64,000 nt of DNA from Bacteroidota bacterium (GTDB lineage: Bacteria > Bacteroidota > Bacteroidia > Palsa-965): positions 66,330-130,329 of the forward strand of contig JANOCU010000031.1 in the NCBI GenBank assembly GCA_031412295.1. The letters run 5' to 3'. The position numbers and the translations under genes were made by a program. The notes under the pieces are model-generated. The model was not told the origin of the DNA. It saw nothing but the letters and a program-made list of their open reading frames with translations, and did no database searches. Positions 49,270 through 59,348 of the stretch are shown piece by piece. The stretch's first letter is position 1, and each line of letters opens with the position of its first letter.

Positions 49270-50529
49270 ATGAAAACCAAAAAACTCTCACCGCTATTTT
49301 TATTACTTTGTTTCTTGCCCGCAATTCTATTTTCACAAACGGGTGTATCCTGGTTCGGCGACAGCACAAGCAATCGTTTAAACAACCGGATCATTTCAAT
49401 CAAAGAAAGTTCCAATGGTGATATTTATCTATTAGGAAAAGCTACCGACGCTGTTTATAATAATCCGAGTCCGTATTGGGCAGTTTGTGATAAAGCCGGA
49501 AAGTTGAAATCTCAAACGACACTTGCTACAACGAATAAATTTTATGAAGTAAATAATTTCACCATCTGTTCCTCCGATCGTTGCAGAATATGGGGAACAG
49601 AAGTAGTGAATGATAAATTGACCATTTCGCTGAATACCATCAATACGAAAGGCGAAGTTCAGGGCACAGATGCAATTCTTACTTCAACAACTACGTTAAC
49701 CGGTGATGTTTGTCAGCTGGATAAAGAATATGCCGTGCTTGCAAAAACAGTTCAAAGCAGCAGCACAGGAAAATATCACATCTCGCTTTACAAATACAAT
49801 GTGCTCGACGATCAGCAGGTTTGGTATAAAACACTAACGACAGAAGAAAACGAAGAAGCGTCAAAAATTTTTGCGTTAAAAGATGGTTCAGTCATCGTGC
49901 TTGGGAAATTGTATAATGAAGAGCTTACTGCATATTCAAGCATCATCTATAAGCTTTCTGCAACGGGAGAAATGCTCTGGAGAAAAGAGATGATAACCTG
50001 CAGGGGATTTTATGCGCAAGGTGTTTCTGAATCAAAAAACAAAGGACTCATTTTCATTTGCAGCACAGGCAATGAATCTGTTCCCGAATCAAACACAAAA
50101 ATTTATTCCCTGGATTCAAACGGTACATTGATCATTATGAAAGAAGTGGAAGACATTCGTGCAAATGGTGTGCTAACGCTTGCAAACGGAAATATATTTA
50201 TTTACGGATCAGCTTTTAAAACAACCGGAACATATATTGTAAGCAAAGGTACTTTCCGGATTTTCTCTCCTGATATGACGCCGTTGAAGCAGGATGAAAT
50301 GGGAGTTTCAGATGGTCCTGATGCATTTTTACCTTCTATGTATATCTCTGCTTATCCAACCGCTTCCGATTTTCTTACTGCGATTCAGCTGGCAGACGGA
50401 AGAATTGCTTGCGCCGGAAGAGTGTATTTACCAATGGAAATGTCGGCAGACGCAATTATTGAAGCAGAGCGTCATAATATCGCATTCCTGGTTTTGATGA
50501 ATGCAGATGGAAAGTTCAGGAAGGAATAA
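49270..50529 (+). CDS. Hypothetical exported beta-propeller-like protein
   Basis: Signal peptide MKTKKLSPLF..FSQ; repeated beta-rich G...W.K motifs; no T9SS CTD. Confidence 0.65.
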   Translation: MKTKKLSPLFLLLCFLPAILFSQTGVSWFGDSTSNRLNNRIISIKESSNGDIYLLGKATDAVYNNPSPYWAVCDKAGKLKSQTTLATTNKFYEVNNFTICSSDRCRIWGTEVVNDKLTISLNTINTKGEVQGTDAILTSTTTLTGDVCQLDKEYAVLAKTVQSSSTGKYHISLYKYNVLDDQQVWYKTLTTEENEEASKIFALKDGSVIVLGKLYNEELTAYSSIIYKLSATGEMLWRKEMITCRGFYAQGVSESKNKGLIFICSTGNESVPESNTKIYSLDSNGTLIIMKEVEDIRANGVLTLANGNIFIYGSAFKTTGTYIVSKGTFRIFSPDMTPLKQDEMGVSDGPDAFLPSMYISAYPTASDFLTAIQLADGRIACAGRVYLPMEMSADAIIEAERHNIAFLVLMNADGKFRKE

Positions 50530-50892
50530 TTATTTTTTGTCCTTAATCACCATTATTCCGATCTCGCCTTTTTGTTTGATGGAAGATTTCTTCTTTCGCT
50601 TCGACTGCTTTGTTTTTTTGTAGAAACGAACAGTAAACGTTTTTTCTTCCGCTTTCAGAATTGTTCTGAAGTCGACAGTCAATCCTTCCGAGCGTTTGAT
50701 GCAGGAGCCACTTTCATCGTAAATCTCGAATGAAACTTCTTCGCTCATGGTCAGCACATGTTTTGTCTCATCGTAATTTGCAACGTATGTTTTTCCCTGC
50801 AAAGTAAATTCAGCATGTGTTGTAGCAGCATCTTGTGCGGAAAGGAAATTTGCCGCGAATATCAAAACAAATAAAACGAAGAATCTTTTCAT
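50530..50892 (-). CDS. Hypothetical exported protein with basic C-terminus
   Basis: Signal peptide MKRFFVLF..LSAQ; TACCTTTG 4 nt upstream. Confidence 0.65.
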   Translation of the reverse strand: MKRFFVLFVLIFAANFLSAQDAATTHAEFTLQGKTYVANYDETKHVLTMSEEVSFEIYDESGSCIKRSEGLTVDFRTILKAEEKTFTVRFYKKTKQSKRKKKSSIKQKGEIGIMVIKDKK

Positions 50893-50959
50893 GATGCAAA
50901 GGTAAAGTACATTTATCGAGCATTGGTGTTTTTAAACGGATGCGAAGAATAATCTAAGG

Positions 50960-52519
50960 TTAAATTTCCTGCACCGCTCCTGCTTTTTCCGATACGATTT
51001 CCCTGAACGAAATGTTACGTGCTTTACTTTCCGCCCAGGCAGGAAAATCAAAATATTCAAAAGCTGTTTTTTCAAAATGATCTTCATCAAGCTTTCGAAG
51101 GTTCACATTGAGCTCTTCGTATAAGGGGTGAATTGTTTTAGCATCGTCGGCTTTCGATATTTTTTCTGCGAATTTCAAAAACACATTTTCAAATTGATAA
51201 GCGCGGTTACGGGTTTTCAGGTAACGCTGCACCGAACGTCCGACATACGGGAGCACATCAAAATTGTTCAGCTCAATATGTAAAATGAGCGCAAATACCT
51301 GTGCAACCGCAAAGATCCATTCGTTTTCGCCGATCTCCGAATCGTTCAGCAAACGCGAAGTCCATTTTAAAGACTGCTGAAATTTTCCTTCACCATAATA
51401 CGCGACAGCAACACTGATGATAAAATGCGCTTCACGTAATTTGCTGATCCTTCCTTCAAACCGCTGAAGTCCTTCTTCAATTTTCGGAACCAGCTCCATC
51501 GCTTTATCAAAATGCCCGATTGAATTATAAAGCGTGAGCTCAAGACTGTATGCGCTTGAGAACAATTTAATTTCAAGATCCTCATTACGCGCGGTATCCA
51601 GTTTTTCAGGAAGCGATCGAAGCTTTTTCAGATTTTCTAAGACTTCTTTATACAGCTTGAGACGGCTGCAGACATAAATCAAATTGGTAAGCACACCGAA
51701 ATAAACATTCGGCTCATCGCGGAAAATATCTGTGTTTGATTCGATGAGTGAAACATTCGCAGCAAGATGTATCCTGCAATTTTCTGCATCTGTGATTGCA
51801 AAATAATAAGCGCTGTAGGTGTGATGGTACATAAAACGCGCATTCACACTCAGCACTTCCGGTTTTTGTTCCTGTAAAGATGCATCGATCAAATGACGGA
51901 ATTCATCCAGCTGTTCGGAACCACGCGCGCGGCCTTTTGTATTCAGCAATAAAAACAAACGGCTTTTTACATTCCACAATTCATTGTACACGCGAATGTC
52001 CTCCGCCACTTTACGATCTTCGGCAAGCACATCAAGAATGTTTTCATCGCGCATGCCCGAATACGAATCTTTTTCAGCAAGCGATTTTTCCAGCGCATGT
52101 ATTTGCACAAGCACCGCATGCTTCTCATATTTTTCTGCCAGCTTGCGCGCGCTCTTCAAACGTTTTGCGCACTGATCGTACAATGTTTTTTTGTAAAGTA
52201 TTTCAGTGTAATGCAATTCTTTCCAAAGTTGCGCATCGACAGAGCTGTTGTGATGAAAGACATCCAGGCTGCGCAAAATAGTTTCATACAAACGCGATTT
52301 GGTAATGCTGAAATTATTGAGTGAGCTTTCACCTTTGAATTTTTTCAGCAAAACCATTTCATCATACTCCTTCATCTTCTCAATTGCATCGAACAACAAA
52401 ACATAATTGTTCTGCTCACCGATCGTATGGCGTGAAGCAAAGATCTTAAAGTGTCTTTTTTCCTGTTTCGAAAGGGATTGGATGAGCCGGTGAAGGGAAT
52501 CGGAATGTTTGCCTGACAT
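50960..52519 (-). CDS. Hypothetical all-helical (TPR-like) cytoplasmic protein, possible regulator
   Basis: Basic N-domain LHRLIQSLSKQEKRHFK..TKSRLYETILRSL; TPR-like segments (GHFDKAMEL, AYYGEGKFQQSLKW); no signal peptide. Confidence 0.7.
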   Translation of the reverse strand: MSGKHSDSLHRLIQSLSKQEKRHFKIFASRHTIGEQNNYVLLFDAIEKMKEYDEMVLLKKFKGESSLNNFSITKSRLYETILRSLDVFHHNSSVDAQLWKELHYTEILYKKTLYDQCAKRLKSARKLAEKYEKHAVLVQIHALEKSLAEKDSYSGMRDENILDVLAEDRKVAEDIRVYNELWNVKSRLFLLLNTKGRARGSEQLDEFRHLIDASLQEQKPEVLSVNARFMYHHTYSAYYFAITDAENCRIHLAANVSLIESNTDIFRDEPNVYFGVLTNLIYVCSRLKLYKEVLENLKKLRSLPEKLDTARNEDLEIKLFSSAYSLELTLYNSIGHFDKAMELVPKIEEGLQRFEGRISKLREAHFIISVAVAYYGEGKFQQSLKWTSRLLNDSEIGENEWIFAVAQVFALILHIELNNFDVLPYVGRSVQRYLKTRNRAYQFENVFLKFAEKISKADDAKTIHPLYEELNVNLRKLDEDHFEKTAFEYFDFPAWAESKARNISFREIVSEKAGAVQEI

Positions 52520-52934
52520 GTATAAAGATGATTGATTTTGGTGTACGTTTTTGGGTTAAGCGGACTGGTTTTATTTCACAGCGTTAAAATGCACGAGCTA
52601 TTGTGCTTGTTCTGCTGTCTTGCTGCATTGGTAAGGGTTACGAGCATAACTTTTTTTTCGTTATGCATTGAATGTAGCGCAATTAATCGGTTTAATCAAT
52701 GATCATGAATGTCGTTTGTGATTAAAAATGCGCTTTTGAACACGTATAAAAATGGTCAAATGGTGTATAAAGTCTGGACAGGATAATTTTTCCATATTCA
52801 AATTATTGTGAATCAGTGCATTCCTTTCATCTTCAGTATTAAAAAAGTCCATAGACAGGTATAAACACATCAATGTCTGATTTGTTCCCGGTCCATGCTC
52901 CGGATAGATTTGTCACGTATTGGTAAATTTCATG

Positions 52935-52990
52935 CGATCCGCTGTGGGTCCGGTTTCAATGGGGATGTTGGCCGGACCCCGGCAATCGCG
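52935..52990 (+). ncRNA. Candidate structured RNA hairpin with GGGGAU apical loop
   Basis: GGGTCCGGT / GCCGGACCC stem, CAAT / GTTG closing pairs, outer GCGAT / ATCGC; no U-tract. Confidence 0.4.
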
Positions 52991-53038
52991 GAAGTGCTGA
53001 AAAAGCCGTACCGAATCACCCTTTCCCAATTAAATTTT

Positions 53039-54718
53039 ATGAAAACTTTTTTTACCGGATTCGCGTGTTTTTTTATTCTTTCTGTTTCTGCACAATTACC
53101 AGGTTGGATCTGGGCAACTTCCACGGGTGGAGGCGGAATGATAAGTACACAAAGCTATTCCGTAGCGACTGATCATATCGGTGGTGTATATAAAGCAGGA
53201 TCTTTTGGGAATTCCACTGACCTTATTATCGATACGACAACTTTGATGACAAATGGAATTTCGGATGTTTTTATAGCCAAATACAATTCAGCTGGTAATT
53301 TGCAATGGGCTCAATCTGCTGGGGGACCCGATTATGACGAAGCAATGGTTGTTGTAACTGATGTATTCAACAATGTTTATCTAACCGGCTATTTTGCAAG
53401 TCCATCAATCACGTTTGGGAATTTCACACTCGTAAACTCAAATACCACTAATGGATTTTCGGATATTTTTCTGGTAAAATTCGATCCTGCAGGAAATGTT
53501 CTTTGGGCGCGTTCATACGGAAGTGTTTATAATGAATTCTCTAGGGCCATGTGTGTCGATTCTTCCGGAAATGTTTTTATTGCAGGTTCATTTACCAGTT
53601 CCACATTGACATTTGACAGTATCGTCCTCGTAAAACCAGCAAATAATATTGGTGAAGAAGGATTTGTAGCGAAGATTGATTCGGCCGGAAATACTGTCTG
53701 GGCAAAAGCGATTCACGGAATATCCAGCGAAGTGGCGAACTCGTTAAGCGCAGATAGAAATGGGAATCTTTTTGTAGGAGGTACTTTCCATAGTCCTACA
53801 ATGACCTTTGGACCCTTTATAATTTATAACCAGGGAAATACCAGGAATGTTTTTATCGGCAAATACGATATTAATGGGAATGAATTATGGGCTAATGCAG
53901 CAGGTGGAGCCGGGGATGGGGATCATTACCTAATGTCACTTTGTGCTGATACAATTGGGAATGTTTATGTCACTGGTGGTTTCGAGGGCTCAGTGTTTAT
54001 TGTTGGAACTGATACGTTATTCAATTCTTCCCCAGGCACCTGTTCAGACATTTATCTCGTTAAGTACAGCGGAAGTGGTAATCCCATTTGGGCAAAAATG
54101 GTTCCGGCAATTAATGGGGCATATTGCGATTATGGTTTATGCCTTCGTATAAACAATGCTGGAGATATTTTTTTGTCATGTACATCGGGGAGCGCCTCAC
54201 TGGTTTTCGGACCACAAACAATTTCGCAACATTCTCTTTTTATTGCTTTATATGATTCTGATGGAATTGCACATTGTGCAACAGCTTTAATAACGTATGG
54301 ATTCTGGAACGCAATCAGCATTGACGATACTGGTAATATTTATTTAACCGGAAATTTCGAGAATGATTCTGTTACTTCTCCAAACAGCAGTACTGTGTTG
54401 ATGAGAGATGGCCTTTCAAATACTTTTCTCGCGAAATATAATTTTAATTGTTTGTTCCTTGGACTTGATGAAAACGAGCCGAAGTCCGAAGTAAAGTTAT
54501 TCCCAAATCCAGTTTCATCAAACTTTACCATTCGAACAATTTCTTCTCAGCCCCAATACTTTTCAATTTTCGATCTGACAGGGAAATTGCTGCAATCTGG
54601 AATTACATCAGGAAGTGAAACAACTGTTGATGTTGAACTTCTCTCCGATGGAATTTACTTTCTGCAGGTTGGAAATGAATCAAATATCAAAACATTAAAA
54701 TTTGTAAAAGCCGAATAA
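53039..54718 (+). CDS. SBBP-repeat beta-propeller with T9SS CTD
   Basis: Repeated D..GNVY.TG.F..DIFL.KY..GN..WA; FPNP..GIYFL CTD; ATG 53039 preferred. Confidence 0.87.
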   Translation: MKTFFTGFACFFILSVSAQLPGWIWATSTGGGGMISTQSYSVATDHIGGVYKAGSFGNSTDLIIDTTTLMTNGISDVFIAKYNSAGNLQWAQSAGGPDYDEAMVVVTDVFNNVYLTGYFASPSITFGNFTLVNSNTTNGFSDIFLVKFDPAGNVLWARSYGSVYNEFSRAMCVDSSGNVFIAGSFTSSTLTFDSIVLVKPANNIGEEGFVAKIDSAGNTVWAKAIHGISSEVANSLSADRNGNLFVGGTFHSPTMTFGPFIIYNQGNTRNVFIGKYDINGNELWANAAGGAGDGDHYLMSLCADTIGNVYVTGGFEGSVFIVGTDTLFNSSPGTCSDIYLVKYSGSGNPIWAKMVPAINGAYCDYGLCLRINNAGDIFLSCTSGSASLVFGPQTISQHSLFIALYDSDGIAHCATALITYGFWNAISIDDTGNIYLTGNFENDSVTSPNSSTVLMRDGLSNTFLAKYNFNCLFLGLDENEPKSEVKLFPNPVSSNFTIRTISSQPQYFSIFDLTGKLLQSGITSGSETTVDVELLSDGIYFLQVGNESNIKTLKFVKAE

Positions 54719-54827
54719 CTACTTTTCAATTTCTCTCTTTTACAATTGGCAGCACTTTATAGATAAGTGGTTATATAACCATTGGCAATTCAGCGTTTAT
54801 ATTTACCGAACGCTTATCTTTAACCTT

Positions 54828-57800
54828 ATGCTGCGTTGCGCTCTCCCGTTATTTCTCCTTCAGCAATTTTCACGTACGCTATTGCCTGCTTTCCTGGCAA
54901 TCATTTTTTCTTTTACTATTTCTTCTTCAAGTGCACAGACTTTCAACTTCAGAAATTATTCTGTGGATGATGGATTGCCATTTGTACAGGTGTACACCAT
55001 TTTCCAGGACAGCAAAGGGTATCTCTGGTCGGGCGGTTATGGCGGACTAAGCAGGTTTGATGGAAAAACATTTACTAATTTTTCTCCGCGAAGTGGATTG
55101 CCGAATTATTGGGTCACTTCCATCACAGAAGATAGCCGCGGCGATTTGTGGGTAGGAACAATTAAAGGAGCATCGCGTTACAAGGATGGAGTATTTGAAA
55201 ATTTCACTGTGAAAGACGGGCTGCCCGATAATTTTGTGAATTGTTTATTGCACGACGAACGTGATGTGCTTTGGGTAGGAACGCAAAAAGGTCTTTGCCG
55301 TTATACAGGAGAAAAATTTTCGAATTTCGGAAATGATGGTCCGGGACAAAAACCTGTTTTGTGCTTTTACCAGGAACCGAATACAGGAAGAATATGGATG
55401 GGAACAGCAAACGGCGTTTACGTTTATGAGAATAATAAATTCACATTTTACGATTTGCCGCCGGGAATTAATACTGCTGTTACTGCTATTTCAAAAGATA
55501 GGTATGGAAGAATTATTGCGGGAACAGCAGACGGATTGCTGAAGCTTGATAACGGACATTTCAATTTAATTTTTACACCACAAAAAATTGAAATGCCTGC
55601 TGTAAGCTCAATGATCACCGACCGTGATGGTGTAACGTGGATCGGTGCGAATAATGGTTTGTTTTCTTTCGACGGCGAACTATTTACCGCGTATCGTGTT
55701 TCTCCTGATGTCAATGCTTCCACGATCGGATGTTTGTATATCGATTATGAATCGAGTCTCTGGCTTGGAACACATCACGGACTTTTTCGTTTTCGTGGAA
55801 ATGGTTTTTCAAGCTTCGGACCGGATGATGGTTTAGCAAGCACTTTTATTTTCGGAATTACAAAAGATAAAAAAGGAAATATCTGGGCATGTTCACAGAC
55901 GAAGGGCGTGTTCAGATTTAATCCGGATGAATCGGATCGTAATGTTGAAGTAATAAATAAATCCAAAGGTCTTGCTTCTGATATTACCAATGCAGCGCTC
56001 ACAAGGCGCAATGGAGATGTTTTTATCGGCACGACAAATGGCTTGAGTAAAATATCAAATGGACAAATAACTAATTATCATCGGAAGGATGGATTATTTT
56101 CTGACTCCGTAAATTGTTTTATGGTTGATCACAACGGTCGTCTGTGGATGGGTGGCGGAAAAGGATTGACGTTCATGGAAAATGAAACCTTTAAAAGTTT
56201 TGGAATTACTTCTGCACCAGAGGAATCATTTGATATCTGGACCTTGTTTGAAGATCGCCGCGGAATTATTTGGGTGGGAACTTATAACGGCGGACTTTTT
56301 TCTTTTGATGGAAAAACATTTACAAATGAGCAAAAACGATTAGGGCTTGCTTACGATTCTTATTTCCAGGTATGTGAGGACAAAGACGGCAGATTGTATT
56401 TCGGTGCGCTCGGTGGCGTTTTTATTTTTGATCCGAAAATTAATGGCGGAACAGTCGTTGATAGTCTTACCGAAATTGATGGTCTGAGTTCTGATCTGAT
56501 TTATTGTATGATGATGGATGAGAATGCCGAACATCTTTGGATCGGTACCAACCAGGGATTAAGCCGTTTTGATGTTTTGTATTACAGGAAAGAGAAGAAA
56601 AAACATATTACAACTTACGGCGAAGAAGAAGGATTTACAGGAGTGGAGTGTAATTCAAACGGAACTTTTATTGATGAAAAAGGTGATATGTGGTTTGGAA
56701 CTGTCAATGGTTTGATCCGCTACTCGCCAAAAAGTTTCAGAACAAATCCGGCGTATGCGAAAACTTCTATTAAAGGAATCCGTTTATTTTACAATGACAG
56801 TTTATTAGCATATAACCGCGAGCTTGAATATTCTGAAAACAGCATCACATTCGAATACGTAGGAATATGTCTTACGAATCCTGACAAAGTGCGTTATCGT
56901 TATAAGCTGGATGGATGGGAATCGGAATATTCACCACCAACGCCGGAACGAATTGCACGTTATTCAAATCTACCGCCCGGAAAATATACGTTCAATGTGA
57001 TCAGCTGTAATAATGAAGGATTGTGGACACCTGAGCCTGCCGCATTTTCTTTCCTTATTAAAACGCCTTTCTGGAAGCGTCCATGGTTCTGGCTGCTGCT
57101 TACGGGTATTGCTGTTTTTATTCTGTCTGCAGCAATTGTGTATCGCATTCGCCAGATCAAAAGGAAAGAACGATTGGAAACCGAATCACGCGTTGCAATG
57201 GCGAAGAATGAATTGAAAGCATTGCGTGCACAGATGAATCCGCATTTTGTTTTTAACTCGCTCAATTCGATCCAGCATTTTATTCTTACAAATAAATCTG
57301 CCGACGCAGGAAAATATCTGAACAAGTTTGCGCGTTTAATGCGTGTGATTCTGAATAATTCAGAAAAGTCGCTGATCACCATTCGCGAAGAGCTGGAATA
57401 TTTAGTGCTTTATCTTGATCTCGAAGAAATGCGCTTCGAAGGAAAATTTACAACAGCTGTGACTATCGCGGAAGAAATTGATATCGATTATTATGAAATT
57501 CCTGCGATGCTGCTTCAGCCGTATGTGGAAAATGCCATTTTGCACGGACTTACCCCGAAACAAACAGGAGGAGGGAAGCTCGAAATTTCTATGCGCCTGA
57601 AAGCAAATACTATTATCTGCAGCATTACAGATAATGGAATCGGTCGCGAAAAAGCCCGTGAAATGCGGCAGCTCTCCAATAGAAAAGATCATACATCACT
57701 TGGAATGAAAATTACGCACGATCGCCTGGAGCTGATAAATCGCCTGAATGGTTCACAATTAAGTCTTACTATTACCGATCTTTACAATGATGATGGCACA

Positions 57801-57842
57801 GCTGCGGGAACAAGAGTTGATATATTCATACCTGTTTCCTAA
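54828..57842 (+). CDS. LytS-type sensor histidine kinase with Reg_prop beta-propeller and Y_Y_Y domains
   Basis: Repeated DGL..V..I.ED..G.LW.GT; YRYKL.G..YSNLPPGKY.F; ALRAQMNPHFVFNSLN; QPYVENAILHG. Confidence 0.92.
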   Translation: MLRCALPLFLLQQFSRTLLPAFLAIIFSFTISSSSAQTFNFRNYSVDDGLPFVQVYTIFQDSKGYLWSGGYGGLSRFDGKTFTNFSPRSGLPNYWVTSITEDSRGDLWVGTIKGASRYKDGVFENFTVKDGLPDNFVNCLLHDERDVLWVGTQKGLCRYTGEKFSNFGNDGPGQKPVLCFYQEPNTGRIWMGTANGVYVYENNKFTFYDLPPGINTAVTAISKDRYGRIIAGTADGLLKLDNGHFNLIFTPQKIEMPAVSSMITDRDGVTWIGANNGLFSFDGELFTAYRVSPDVNASTIGCLYIDYESSLWLGTHHGLFRFRGNGFSSFGPDDGLASTFIFGITKDKKGNIWACSQTKGVFRFNPDESDRNVEVINKSKGLASDITNAALTRRNGDVFIGTTNGLSKISNGQITNYHRKDGLFSDSVNCFMVDHNGRLWMGGGKGLTFMENETFKSFGITSAPEESFDIWTLFEDRRGIIWVGTYNGGLFSFDGKTFTNEQKRLGLAYDSYFQVCEDKDGRLYFGALGGVFIFDPKINGGTVVDSLTEIDGLSSDLIYCMMMDENAEHLWIGTNQGLSRFDVLYYRKEKKKHITTYGEEEGFTGVECNSNGTFIDEKGDMWFGTVNGLIRYSPKSFRTNPAYAKTSIKGIRLFYNDSLLAYNRELEYSENSITFEYVGICLTNPDKVRYRYKLDGWESEYSPPTPERIARYSNLPPGKYTFNVISCNNEGLWTPEPAAFSFLIKTPFWKRPWFWLLLTGIAVFILSAAIVYRIRQIKRKERLETESRVAMAKNELKALRAQMNPHFVFNSLNSIQHFILTNKSADAGKYLNKFARLMRVILNNSEKSLITIREELEYLVLYLDLEEMRFEGKFTTAVTIAEEIDIDYYEIPAMLLQPYVENAILHGLTPKQTGGGKLEISMRLKANTIICSITDNGIGREKAREMRQLSNRKDHTSLGMKITHDRLELINRLNGSQLSLTITDLYNDDGTAAGTRVDIFIPVS

Positions 57843-57885
57843 TTTGTGCCTCCGCTGCGACGGATAAACCCGAAACCTACCTGAT

Positions 57886-58644
57886 ATGAGTGACGTAATT
57901 AATGCCGTAATTATTGAAGACGAGAAAAAAAGCCGAGAAGTTCTTGAATCGCTCGTCACAACACATTGCCCGGATGTAAATCTGCTCGGCAATGCTGAAT
58001 CAGTTGCTACCGGTGTAGAATTGATTCGCAAATCAAATCCACGATTGATTTTTCTCGACATTGAAATGTCTGACGGAAGTGGTTTCGATTTGCTCGAGAA
58101 GCTCGACAGCTCTAACTACGAAGTGATTTTTACTACCGCTTCCGACGCACATGCATTACGCGCAATCAAATACAGCGCGATCGATTATTTATTAAAACCG
58201 ATCGATCCGGAAGAATTAGTGAACGCGGTAGAAAAGATTCGTGTAAAACATTCCAACACCGCGAATCTCGACAACCTGAAATTTCTCCTGCAGAATTTCA
58301 AAAAGCCGACTGATCAGTACACAAAAATTTCTCTTCCGACCGGTAATGCATACGAGATTGTAAACGTAAAAGACATTATCCGTTGCGAAGCCGATGGCAG
58401 CTACACCAGCTTTTTCCTCGAGAATAAAAAGAAGCTGCTTGTATCTGCAAGTCTCAAACATTACGAAGATCTTTTACCACCAGATGATTTTATCCGCGTG
58501 CATCATCACCATCTTATCAATATGAATCACGTGGTTCGCTTCCTGAAAACCGACGGCGGCTACGCAGTAATGAGCGACGGAACACAAATAGAAATCTCCC
58601 GCCGCAAAAAAGAAGCATTCGTGGCCAGGCTCAATAAAGTCTAG
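57886..58644 (+). CDS. LytTR-family response regulator
   Basis: IIEDE, FLDIEM..GSGF, IFTTA, DYLLKP; LytTR domain DIIRCEADGSYT..FIRVH..LIN..ISRR. Confidence 0.94.
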   Translation: MSDVINAVIIEDEKKSREVLESLVTTHCPDVNLLGNAESVATGVELIRKSNPRLIFLDIEMSDGSGFDLLEKLDSSNYEVIFTTASDAHALRAIKYSAIDYLLKPIDPEELVNAVEKIRVKHSNTANLDNLKFLLQNFKKPTDQYTKISLPTGNAYEIVNVKDIIRCEADGSYTSFFLENKKKLLVSASLKHYEDLLPPDDFIRVHHHHLINMNHVVRFLKTDGGYAVMSDGTQIEISRRKKEAFVARLNKV

Positions 58645-58666
58645 AAACATCTCCTCAACCGTGATC

Positions 58667-58867
58667 TGGTAATCTGGTAATCTGGTAACTGGGTAATTGA
58701 AAAAATAAGAATGAGAATTAATTTAAAATGGTTGCCGGATTATATCTGGCAACCATTTTAAATTTTCACCAATCACCTCCGCCGCGGCGGACACCAATCA
58801 CCAGGCACAGTCACCAATCACAATCACCACAATACAATTTCCAAGTTACCAGATTACCAGATTACCA
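58667..58867. repeat. Inverted octamer arrays (CTGGTAAT)n / (ATTACCAG)n enclosing a 21-bp hairpin
   Basis: 33-bp arms 58667-58699 / 58835-58867 with 2 mismatches; inner stem 58720-58764. Confidence 0.85.
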
Positions 58868-59348
58868 AATCCCTCCCAAGGTAATCTCCTTCCACAGTAA
58901 TTTCCCTCAACAGCAAAACCAGTTAATCTCCATTTTTCTCCGTTTACAGTTTAGCGTATGCCACCTGTTAAATGTCACTAACCTAATCTTAAATACATGC
59001 GTAATATTGAATGTAAGAAACAACGAGAGTAGTACAAGCTCAAAAATTTCTGATTCGTTCATTGAAAAATAAGTTCGCAACAAATTCATTTTTTACCAAT
59101 GAAAAAATGAATTTGTTTACGGAATAAAAATATTAAGAGCGTAGGCCCTGAGCCTAAGGGTATACCGGAACGGCTGACGTATTCGGGGATGTTGCGGCAA
59201 CTGTTTGGTATACCCGGCTCTTAAAACATTAAAACAAAAGTGTAACGTTTCTAAGATGAAGCGTTATAAAAGAAGTCACCCGCTCTTCGGCAAACAAAGC
59301 GGTAACCCGGTTAGTCCGGAAATATATTAACCCTCTAATAGTAGTGCC

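Noticed and set aside
58498-58515. HHHH run in LytTR as a metal-binding tag
   Set aside because: Falls in the normal FxRxHxSxxxN LytTR motif position; likely drift
58728-59089. ORFs 58728..59072 and 58907..59089
   Set aside because: Run through repeat arms and promoter-like DNA; no protein-like features
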